Assembly (NCBI GenBank): GCA_035541435.1
Contig: DATKNL010000010.1
Location: 30,250 to 94,249 of the forward strand
Length of the DNA stretch: 64,000 nucleotides
Source of the DNA: Minisyncoccota bacterium
GTDB taxonomy: Bacteria > Patescibacteriota > Minisyncoccia > UBA6257 > 2-01-FULL-56-20
Direction of reading: 5' to 3'
Positions 17,795-25,575 of this stretch are shown here, piece after piece (the first letter of the stretch is position 1; every line of letters begins with the position of its first letter). The notes under the pieces are model-generated. The model saw only the letters and a list, made by a program, of their open reading frames with translations, ran no database searches and was not told the DNA's origin. The translations under genes and the position numbers were made by a program.

Positions 17795-18967
17795 TCATGG
17801 CGTTACCGATGCCGGATCCACGGGCGGCACGGATGTCGCGTCGACGTCCGGCGGCGGAGCCGTCGACGAGGCCGTCGTATCGATGGATGCGCCCAGGTCC
17901 TGCACGTCCGGCGCTGACGCCGCAGATGACGCCGCGTCAGGCGTGGTCGAGGCGTCGGCTGACGGGGCAGCGACATCCGCGGCCGCGGGGGTCGTCGCGT
18001 CAGGCGAAACGTCAGACGTCACGTCGGGAACCGCCGCGGGTGCCGGCGCTGCCGGAACGACGACTCCCGTGCCGCCTGAAAATCCCCCGCCGGACGATTC
18101 CCCGCCCGACGCCGGGGCGGCCGCATAGGTCTGGATGATGAGCCAGTCGAAAGCGACCGGTTGCGACTGCGGAGTCACGACGCCCACATGGAACCCGACG
18201 CCATCCAGTTTCTGCGTCACGGTGAGCGGCGCCTGCGATTCGGTCGTCGGCGTTATGAAAATCTTCGACGACGACGCGACCGCGGTGTTCGCAATGAAGA
18301 TGTCGCCCGCGCCGGTCGCGAGCACCGCCTCGCCGGTCAGCTGGTTCTCGCCGTGCGGCAGCGTGAGCGATCCGCCGGGAAGGATCGCGAGGTTTTTTGC
18401 GAACACGTTCACGGCCGCGACGACCGTCGCCTTCACGGAATTCGCGACCACCGTCGCGAAGGACTGCACGGCATCGCCCGCGTCGGCGACGATGCCGAAG
18501 AACTGGGCGATGGCCGCGTCGAGCAGCGACATGTCGTCGGGCGCCGCCGCAACGGACGAGGTGTCGATCGCGATCGTCGCCGTCGCGGTGACGACCGGGA
18601 CCGGCTCGGCGAAGATCACCGGCTGCACGGGCGCCACGCCCTGCGCGGCCACGGACGGAATCGGATTGCCCGCGGAATCCTCGTCATAGGCCTGCACGTC
18701 GAACGTCCCGCCCTGGCGGTCCGCATCGGGCACCTCGATCGCATAGGCGTATCCCCCATTCGCGCATTCCGGATCGCTGCTCCCCCAGATCGATCCGTCC
18801 GTCGCGTTCCTTATGACGACGAGCACGAACCGCGACGAGCACGAGCCCGCGATCGAAAGCATTCCCGATCCGGCATCGAACGAGACTGCGGAGGTCGCTG
18901 CGCGGATGGCGGCGGCAGGCGCGATGAGTGCCGCTGCGGCGGCGAGGATGGCGATGAATTTTTTCAT
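17795..18967 (-). CDS. Secreted protein with tail-fibre-tip-like beta domain and acidic low-complexity tail
   Basis: Signal peptide MKKFIAILAAAA. GEAVL...SSSKIFITPT...GFHVGV...FDWLII domain. Confidence 0.65.
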   Translation of the reverse strand: MKKFIAILAAAAALIAPAAAIRAATSAVSFDAGSGMLSIAGSCSSRFVLVVIRNATDGSIWGSSDPECANGGYAYAIEVPDADRQGGTFDVQAYDEDSAGNPIPSVAAQGVAPVQPVIFAEPVPVVTATATIAIDTSSVAAAPDDMSLLDAAIAQFFGIVADAGDAVQSFATVVANSVKATVVAAVNVFAKNLAILPGGSLTLPHGENQLTGEAVLATGAGDIFIANTAVASSSKIFITPTTESQAPLTVTQKLDGVGFHVGVVTPQSQPVAFDWLIIQTYAAAPASGGESSGGGFSGGTGVVVPAAPAPAAVPDVTSDVSPDATTPAAADVAAPSADASTTPDAASSAASAPDVQDLGASIDTTASSTAPPPDVDATSVPPVDPASVTP

Positions 18968-18968
18968 G

Positions 18969-21359
18969 TTATTCGCGACTTCCCAGATAGACATAGGCGA
19001 TGCGGTGGACGGCCGCGGCGGTCGTGAGCGTCGTCACGGTATTGAACACGCCGAGGTTCGTCGCGCTGCTCGGGATGTTGGTAGACTTCACCGTCTTCAC
19101 ATAAGCCCCGCCATTCGTCGCAACCTCGCAGGTGAGCTGCCCCGGCGTCGACGCATCGAGGAGGATGTCGTAATAGGTGCTCGTCGTCACGGTGACGCCG
19201 GTGTTCACATAGCTGATCGACGTGCCGTCGCCCGACCCGCACTGCCAGGTGGTGTCGTTGGCCGACGTCGAATAGCGGAGGCCGATGAAGACCGTCGTCG
19301 ACGCGCTCGTCGTCGCATCGGTCCCCATGAGCGCAACGGAGCTCAGCGCCACCCAGATGCGGCGGCTCGCGATCGACGTGTCGGTCCTGATTCGCGTCGC
19401 AAACCGCGGCGTATAGCGCGCCTCGGTCTGCGTGAACGCCTGCGTCTCACCGCCCGCGGCGCCGTTCGTCGCGCCGGTCGTCCACTGCACGTAGAAATCC
19501 TCGGCCTGCGCGCTTGCGGCGGCGGTTCCCGTCGCCGTCGGTGCGACCATGTTCACGTTCGTGAGCGTCGTCGCCGTCGTGCCGAGCGGGGCCCAATAGC
19601 CCCAACGCTTCTCGAAGAAGATCGGCTGCCAATCCATGTTGGTCGGCACGCAGTCATACCATGTGCCACCCTGGTCGCAGCGGAAGGAGCCCGTGCTCGA
19701 GCTGTAATACATCGCGCCGTTGAAGCCGGTCGGATCGCCGGCGTCGGCCTTCACGTCGAGGCCGAGCAGCGTCGGCACCGTTCCCGCGGCGCCGTTGTCG
19801 CCGATCTTGATCTTGTTGTTGAGCGTATCGGCCTGAAAAAGCGTATTGGTGCCGCTGGCATTCTCAATGAGGAACGCGGCCGACGTGTCGTTCGACGGCT
19901 GAAAGACCGCATTGCCGGAACTGTTGATCGCAAAGACCGTCGACGAGGCGTCGTTCACCTGGAACGCGTTCCCCGTGCCGAAATTCTGCACGATGAGCGC
20001 CGATCCCGCCACGTTTGCGCCGGCATAGATCGAAACCGTGCTCGTCGACTGCGTCGAGGTCGGCGTGTTCACGATGGCAAGCGCCGTTCCCGTGGCGTTC
20101 TGCGTGAGAAAGAGGCCCGTCCCGGCGGCATTCTGCAGGATGGTCATGCCGCCCGTGACCGACGGGCTCGTGAGTGCGGGCGAGGTGAGCGTCTTGTTGG
20201 CAAGCGTCTGCGAAAAGTTCGCGAGCGCGACCGTGTCGGTTCCCGTCCCGAAATCAGGGATGGTGAGCGCCTCGCCGATCGTCGGATTCCAGCTCAGCGT
20301 TCCCGTCGCGCCCGTCCCCCGGAACACGAACTGGCTCGAGGTCGCCGTCGCCTGCAGCATGCTGCCGATCACGCTGCTCGCCGCGCGAAAGATGCCGCTC
20401 GACGCGATGAACGTGTTTGCGGAAAAGAACTGGATCGCACCCGTTCCGCCGCCGCCCTGAAGCGTGAGCGTGTTCGATCCCGTCGCGTTGATCTGCGGAT
20501 TCGCGTCGCCGAGCATGAGGCTGCCGTTCGCAAGTACGGGGATCTGGCTGCCGGTCGCGTTCTGCGACGGCGTGAACCCGCCGACCGAATATGAATTGAT
20601 GGCGTAGCCCGAAGCCACGATCCGGGGACGGGGCGCAAGGTGCTCGAACACCTCGCTTCCGCCCGTGCAGCTCGGATCGACCTTGGTCGCCACTGAGACA
20701 TCGAGATAGCTCGTGTCGTTGCTTTGGAAGTCATAGGTCAGGGCGTCGCCGCCGGCGCTTGTGTCGCCGATCCCCACGTTGAACACCCCGTTCTGGACGT
20801 TCACGGTCATGATCGACGCCGTTGCGGCCGGCCACAGCTGGGAACCGCCCGACGAGGCGTTGAAAATGGAGAAGCGAAAGCAATATGCGGTTCCAGCGCC
20901 GCCAAGCAGGTTGCCTCCTGAATCGAATAGGCGGCCCTGATAGCTCAGGATCTTGGGAACCCCCACAGCCGCATGGGCCACCGGGGCCTGCATGATGTTC
21001 GCGATGAGCGCGTAAAGAAGGAATAGGCAAAAAGCCACAAGGAGGGCTATGAATATATAGAGGAGTTTTCTCGTGAACCCGATCAGCCGCTCTTCGGTCG
21101 TGTTGGCGGCAATCCACCGGCGGGTCCGGGCACGAATCCCCGTAATCCTGCCCATTTTGCCAGCCGGAGACTTGCTCATGGACAGATAAGCATTCAGGGC
21201 CTCTTCGGTCGTCATCCAGGCCACGTTCAGATAGATCTGCTTGCCCTCCAATTTGCCCTTCCTTATGAGCTGTCCGAGGTAGTCCTGGCTGTATCCCGAG
21301 ATTTTAGACGCCTCCTTGAGGGTTATGTATTTTTTGCCGCTTTTTTCGATATTTTCCAT
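18969..21359 (-). CDS. HTH (excisionase/MerR-like) + TM + extracellular fibre/adhesin-like protein
   Basis: N-terminal YITLKEASKISGYSQDYLGQLIRKGKL, TM LLYIFIALLVAFCLFLLYALI, then VAHA, PKILSYQGRL...FRFSIF...GVFNVGIG and Thr/Gly/Asn-rich beta repeats. Confidence 0.8.
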   Translation of the reverse strand: MENIEKSGKKYITLKEASKISGYSQDYLGQLIRKGKLEGKQIYLNVAWMTTEEALNAYLSMSKSPAGKMGRITGIRARTRRWIAANTTEERLIGFTRKLLYIFIALLVAFCLFLLYALIANIMQAPVAHAAVGVPKILSYQGRLFDSGGNLLGGAGTAYCFRFSIFNASSGGSQLWPAATASIMTVNVQNGVFNVGIGDTSAGGDALTYDFQSNDTSYLDVSVATKVDPSCTGGSEVFEHLAPRPRIVASGYAINSYSVGGFTPSQNATGSQIPVLANGSLMLGDANPQINATGSNTLTLQGGGGTGAIQFFSANTFIASSGIFRAASSVIGSMLQATATSSQFVFRGTGATGTLSWNPTIGEALTIPDFGTGTDTVALANFSQTLANKTLTSPALTSPSVTGGMTILQNAAGTGLFLTQNATGTALAIVNTPTSTQSTSTVSIYAGANVAGSALIVQNFGTGNAFQVNDASSTVFAINSSGNAVFQPSNDTSAAFLIENASGTNTLFQADTLNNKIKIGDNGAAGTVPTLLGLDVKADAGDPTGFNGAMYYSSSTGSFRCDQGGTWYDCVPTNMDWQPIFFEKRWGYWAPLGTTATTLTNVNMVAPTATGTAAASAQAEDFYVQWTTGATNGAAGGETQAFTQTEARYTPRFATRIRTDTSIASRRIWVALSSVALMGTDATTSASTTVFIGLRYSTSANDTTWQCGSGDGTSISYVNTGVTVTTSTYYDILLDASTPGQLTCEVATNGGAYVKTVKSTNIPSSATNLGVFNTVTTLTTAAAVHRIAYVYLGSRE

Positions 21360-21438
21360 ATCTCGGGGGTCGATATTTCACAAAACTCGGGCTCCGATAT
21401 TTACGTATTCATTATATAAAATGGCGCATTTGACTAAC

Positions 21439-21447
21439 TGTGGATAA
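21439..21447 (-). promoter_or_regulatory. Perfect DnaA box in divergent promoter region
   Basis: TGTGGATAA on + strand. A minus-strand TATAAT lies at 21411-21416. Confidence 0.65.
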
Positions 21448-21549
21448 GAATTTTTAATAGGATAATTTTGAGCAAAATAGGCAATAGTTTTTGACAGAAC
21501 GCCCGCCCTCCTATAGAAAGAAGGGAGCTACTATCTCACGGAGGTTCTC

Positions 21550-21663
21550 ATGAACCAAATCGGCGTTCCCGCATCCCGGCTGTCCACCGACTGGTGGGCG
21601 GTCATTGCGGCCTTTGCGGCAACCATCCTCATAAAACTGGGGGTGCTCCATGTCGGCTGGTAG
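21550..21663 (+). CDS. 37-aa single-TM peptide upstream of YeiH-family transporter
   Basis: MNQIGVPASRLSTDWWAVIAAFAATILIKLGVLHVGW*, with GAGG upstream. Stop lies 4 nt before the ATG at 21668. Confidence 0.65.
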   Translation: MNQIGVPASRLSTDWWAVIAAFAATILIKLGVLHVGW

Positions 21664-21667
21664 GCTG

Positions 21668-22690
21668 ATGAGGGTTTTTCCCGGCGTCGCCCTGATGTTC
21701 GGCATCGGCATCCTCGGAAAGCTCATCGAGCAGTCGATCGACGTTATCGGCAAGGCGCACGGCTGGCACCTGCCGAAAATCGAATATGTCCTCTGGGCGA
21801 TCCTGCTCGGGCTCCTCATAAGGAACCTCCGCGTCGTCCCCCGGATGTGTGACCCGGGAATCGCAACCTATGATTTCTGGCTCAAAGCCGGCATCGTCCT
21901 CCTCGGAACGCGCTTCCTGCTCGGCGATATCGCCAAGCTCGGACCGCTCGTTCTTGCGCTGGTGGTCATCGAAATCCTCTTTTCGATCGCCGTCATGACG
22001 CTCATCGGACGCTGGTTCGGCCTCGGCGGCAAACTGACGTCCCTCCTGGCCGTCGGATCCGGCATCTGCGGAGTTTCGGCCATCATCGCAACCGAAGGCG
22101 CGATCGAAGCCGAAGAAAAGGATGCGGCCCTTGCCATCGCCGTGATCCTTGCGGTCGGGGCGGTGGCGCTCTTCCTTTTCCCGTTCTTCGGACACGTCTT
22201 GCACATGCCGGACCAGTGGTTCGGGGTATGGGCTGGCCTCGCCGTCGACAACACGGCCGAAGCCACGGCAGCGGGAGCGATCTTCTCGGATGCCGCGGCG
22301 AAGACCGCGGTGCTCGTGAAGACCACCCGCAATGCGATGATCGGATTCGTCGTCCTCGCCTATGCGGTCTATTGGGCGAACAAGGGCATGGCGAAACGGA
22401 TCGAGCGTCGGGGACGGTTCCTGTGGGAAAAGTTCCCCAAGTTCGTGCTCGGCTTTCTCGCGGTTTCGGTCGCCGCAAGCGCGCACGCATTCAGCAAGGG
22501 CGAGCTCGCAAGCCTAGCAAACCTCTCGAGGTGGGCGTTCCTCATCACCTTCGCCGGCGTCGGCCTTCGGACCGACATCCGCGCGATGATGAAGCAGGGA
22601 ACGCGGCCCCTGCTCGTCGGCCTGCTCGGCGAACTCCTGATAGCCGCCTCGACCCTCACGATGGTCGCGGTGGCGTCGGCCTTCGCCTGA
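21668..22690 (+). CDS. YeiH/UPF0324 (putative sulfate exporter family) membrane protein
   Basis: LKAGIVLLG, LLAVGSGICGVSAIIAT, FGVWAGLAVDNTAEA and VKTTRN motifs. Alternative start 21650. Confidence 0.9.
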   Translation: MRVFPGVALMFGIGILGKLIEQSIDVIGKAHGWHLPKIEYVLWAILLGLLIRNLRVVPRMCDPGIATYDFWLKAGIVLLGTRFLLGDIAKLGPLVLALVVIEILFSIAVMTLIGRWFGLGGKLTSLLAVGSGICGVSAIIATEGAIEAEEKDAALAIAVILAVGAVALFLFPFFGHVLHMPDQWFGVWAGLAVDNTAEATAAGAIFSDAAAKTAVLVKTTRNAMIGFVVLAYAVYWANKGMAKRIERRGRFLWEKFPKFVLGFLAVSVAASAHAFSKGELASLANLSRWAFLITFAGVGLRTDIRAMMKQGTRPLLVGLLGELLIAASTLTMVAVASAFA

Positions 22691-22714
22691 CAGCGGCGAT
22701 GCCGCTCACCTGAC

Positions 22715-22749
22715 TCCAGCAGACGCCTCACGGCTCTGCTGGATTTTTT
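22715..22749 (+). terminator. Intrinsic terminator
   Basis: TCCAGCAGA...TCTGCTGGA stem followed by TTTTTT, between convergent genes. Confidence 0.75.
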
Positions 22750-22752
22750 ATT

Positions 22753-23103
22753 TCAGACGTTCCCGATCGAAAGGATGACGAGTGCGATGACGCCGAGAAC
22801 GACCCCGACCGTCTGCGTAACGCTCAGACTCTCTTTGAAGATGATGAGGCCGATGAATAGGAATCCGGCGATCGAAAGAAGATCCCACAAGAGGGACGTC
22901 ACCACCAAACCGTTCTTGAGAAGCGATGGAATATAGAAAAAGGCCGACGCGACGTATCCGGCGAAGGCGAGGATGAGCCACAACGGCTCGCGCCCGACGG
23001 ACCAGGTCTTTGCGCTGTAATCGCCAAGGATCACGCCGCACGCGCTCAAGGCGATCAGCGCCCACATCGGAAGCGCGGGAAGGATGTCCGTGAAAAGGTC
23101 CAT
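22753..23103 (-). CDS. SMR/DMT-superfamily small four-TM transporter
   Basis: 116 aa, four hydrophobic helices, IGLIIFKESLS..Q.VGVVLG motif. Confidence 0.75.
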   Translation of the reverse strand: MDLFTDILPALPMWALIALSACGVILGDYSAKTWSVGREPLWLILAFAGYVASAFFYIPSLLKNGLVVTSLLWDLLSIAGFLFIGLIIFKESLSVTQTVGVVLGVIALVILSIGNV

Positions 23104-23164
23104 TGTCTAAATTCTACCCTATTCAGCCAAGAAGGATCTCCCCTCCGCCGTTTGATTCCTCGCA

Positions 23165-23277
23165 CACATCCTGCATGAGCATGAAAAGGGATTCTCGGAG
23201 GCGCGCAGGCGCCGAGAGCATAGGCGGCCGGTCAGCAGACCGGAACGCCGTCCCTTTTCATGCTCATGTAGGATGTG
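23165..23277. repeat. 27-bp inverted repeat (26/27) enclosing two hairpins, abutting the tRNA 3' end
   Basis: CACATCCTGCATGAGCATGAAAAGGGA (23165-23191) versus TCCCTTTTCATGCTCATGTAGGATGTG (23251-23277). Confidence 0.9.
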
Positions 23278-23347
23278 CCCTCGCGAGGAATTGAACCTCG
23301 ATCTTCTCCTTCGGAGGGAGATGTCCTATCCGTTGAACGACGGGGGC
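23276..23347 (-). tRNA. tRNA-Arg(CCG), CCA not encoded
   Basis: GCCCCCGTCGTTCAACGGATAGGACATCTCCCTCCGAAGGAGAAGATCGAGGTTCAATTCCTCGCGAGGGCA folds as a cloverleaf. Anticodon loop CTCCGAA, T-loop TTCAATT. Confidence 0.93.
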
Positions 23348-23363
23348 AGCTGCCGGACGCTCA

Positions 23364-24482
23364 CTATCTTACTATAAAGGAATAGACGGAGTAAACCGCC
23401 GCCACGATGAACAGGGCCGCCACGGCATCGAGCAGGAATTTCACGGCAGGGCGGAGCCTCAGCGAATGCCGGCCGACCGAGACGATGATCAGATATTGCA
23501 GGCTGAGGAATCCGCCGCCGACGAGGCCAACGATCGAGAGAAAGTTGTTGAATCCCGCGAGGACAAGCAGCGGTGGCACGAAAACGAGGATCCCGCGCGA
23601 AAGGACCGGCGGCCAGCGAAGATCCTTCTCGAGGGCATTCTTGATTTCCCGCGAGATGGGCAGATAGACGGTCGCGACCGCAAGCAAGCCGAGCGCGGCA
23701 AGCATGTCTTTTTTCCAAAGGGGCCACCCGGCGAGCCCCGAAGCGGTGTCGGGCGCGATGGCCGCCCCGCCCGAGGAACCGATGATGCCGGCGGCAAACA
23801 TGGCATAAAGGAGCGCGGCGAACAGGGTCCCTCCGGCCAGCGCGCGCCACGGCGAACGGGTTCGGTCGTGCCGCTTGCGCGCCTCATAGGCCGGCTCGAT
23901 GCTCGTCCAGCCCGCAAGCGAAAAAAGGACGGCGCCGAATGGCAAAAAGAGATTCGCTCCGTTCACCGCCGCCACGCCCCTGAAGACGACGTTCGGCCAT
24001 GCCGAAACGAAGATGATCAGGATGATGAACGACGTGCAGGCGATCCCCACGAGTTCAAGCTCCCGGATTTCACGGTCGCTCGCAAGCGCGATGCACGAAA
24101 TGAAGATCCAAAACCCGGTGAACGCATAGGCGAACGTCGCCTGCGGAACCGCAAGACGGATGAACTGGGCGCCGAGGACGAGATAGGCGAGCAGCGTAAG
24201 AAGAAGCCCGATCACGATGGCGACGAAGCCGATCCAGAATCCGGGCGCACCGAACCGGTCGCGGGCAAGCCCAAGCAGCCGTTTTTTCTCGCCCTCGCCT
24301 TCGAGCGTCTTCAGATAGACGACATGGGCGACGCTCACGAGCACCGCAAGTACCGCAAGATAGGCGAGGCTCACGAGCCACCCGGCCTGGAAAAAGACAT
24401 AGGGAAGCGCGAACACCCCGTCGCCGACCGTCGCCGCTGCGACAATCCCGGCGATTTCAAAGAATGGCATTTGGCGCTTCAT
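23364..24482 (-). CDS. Aromatic amino acid permease (Trp/Tyr, HAAAP-like)
   Basis: TVGDGVFALPY..QAGW and LPFGAVLFSLAG motifs, about 11 TM segments. Confidence 0.82.
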   Translation of the reverse strand: MKRQMPFFEIAGIVAAATVGDGVFALPYVFFQAGWLVSLAYLAVLAVLVSVAHVVYLKTLEGEGEKKRLLGLARDRFGAPGFWIGFVAIVIGLLLTLLAYLVLGAQFIRLAVPQATFAYAFTGFWIFISCIALASDREIRELELVGIACTSFIILIIFVSAWPNVVFRGVAAVNGANLFLPFGAVLFSLAGWTSIEPAYEARKRHDRTRSPWRALAGGTLFAALLYAMFAAGIIGSSGGAAIAPDTASGLAGWPLWKKDMLAALGLLAVATVYLPISREIKNALEKDLRWPPVLSRGILVFVPPLLVLAGFNNFLSIVGLVGGGFLSLQYLIIVSVGRHSLRLRPAVKFLLDAVAALFIVAAVYSVYSFIVR

Positions 24483-24494
24483 GCCTGCCGTGGA

Positions 24495-24866
24495 TTATTC
24501 CGTCCGATACACCAGGTCGCCTTCGCGCACACGCTTTTTCACCTTGATGCCGATCTGCTTTCCCTTCGGGGCGACCTTCACCGGCTTGCGGTCGTACTGC
24601 ATCGACTTAGCCTCGTCGGCGAAATCGGTCGTCGCTCCTTTATAATGCAGCTTCGCCCCCGCCGGGACCTTCGTCTTGAACCGCACGATGGCCACTTTTA
24701 TATGGGTGAAGAAATGCGTGACGGTTCCGATAGGCTTCTCGGCGCCTTTCGCTTTTGCAACCTTCTTTGCCTTGGTCGCTGCGGGCTTCTTCTTCACCCG
24801 AGAAACGCGCGATTTCTTCTTCGCGCCCACCTTCTTTTTAGATTTTTTTAATGGCTTCTTCTTCAT
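24495..24866 (-). CDS. Small basic protein: Lys-rich N-terminus plus translation-factor-like (U32 C-terminal-like) beta-barrel
   Basis: IGTVTHFFTHIKVAIV...KGATTDF...SMQYDRKPV..A.KG..IGIKV..RVREGD.VY. Confidence 0.72.
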   Translation of the reverse strand: MKKKPLKKSKKKVGAKKKSRVSRVKKKPAATKAKKVAKAKGAEKPIGTVTHFFTHIKVAIVRFKTKVPAGAKLHYKGATTDFADEAKSMQYDRKPVKVAPKGKQIGIKVKKRVREGDLVYRTE

Positions 24867-24884
24867 AATGACAAAGCGGTCCGC

Positions 24885-25538
24885 CTAGCCATGCAACCGG
24901 TGATCAGACAGATGCATGTCGGCCTGGCTCACCTCCTTGTCGTCGGCCTCGACCATGTCGATCACCCGTTCAAGCAGCTTCTTCGGATCGTCATCGAAGA
25001 TGACCCGGCCCATGCCGCGATGCGCGTTCTTGAGGATGCCTTCGAGCTCGTCGCTTGCGCCGCCCGTCCCCGTGAGGACGCCCTGGGGCTTCTTGTCCTC
25101 GAAGGCGATTGTGAATTCGTTGAGCGTCCCGATGCGGCCATAGATCGTGATGATCGCGTCGGCGGCCCGGGTAAGCAGCAGGTTGCGTCCCGAATAATCG
25201 AAGCCGGTATATATGATGAGGTCGTGATAATCGAGCGGAAGGTGATAGGTCTTCACGTGGGCGAGCTTCGAGGCGGCCGGCGAAAGGCCGATCACGATAC
25301 CGCCCGCATCCTTCGCGCCCTTTGCCGCCCAATAGGGAATTCCCGTCGTGGCCCCCGTAATGAGCACCATGCCCCGAAGCGCGATGAGCGCCCCGACTTC
25401 CATTGCCTTCCTCACCGTGTCGGGCGGGCAATATTCCGTCTCGGCCGAGCCCGAGATGCAGATTTTGTACTTCAGATAGCTTGATGAAAGCTGCTCGAGG
25501 GTCTTTAAGGGATCGTTCTCGGTCGTTTCTTGTTGCAT
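24885..25538 (-). CDS. LOG/SLOG family Rossmann-fold nucleotide-processing protein
   Basis: LITGATTG, GAKDAGG.VIGLSP, GRNLLL.RAADA and GRIGTLNEF motifs. Start at 25538 has TATCAT 6 nt upstream. Confidence 0.85.
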   Translation of the reverse strand: MQQETTENDPLKTLEQLSSSYLKYKICISGSAETEYCPPDTVRKAMEVGALIALRGMVLITGATTGIPYWAAKGAKDAGGIVIGLSPAASKLAHVKTYHLPLDYHDLIIYTGFDYSGRNLLLTRAADAIITIYGRIGTLNEFTIAFEDKKPQGVLTGTGGASDELEGILKNAHRGMGRVIFDDDPKKLLERVIDMVEADDKEVSQADMHLSDHRLHG

Positions 25539-25575
25539 AGGACTATGATAGCGCACTTCAGAGAGGTCCGAAAGC

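Noticed and set aside
23131-23277. Prophage or island att site at tRNA-Arg
   Set aside because: The tRNA-like copy is inverted and adjacent, not a distant direct repeat, and no integrase is present.
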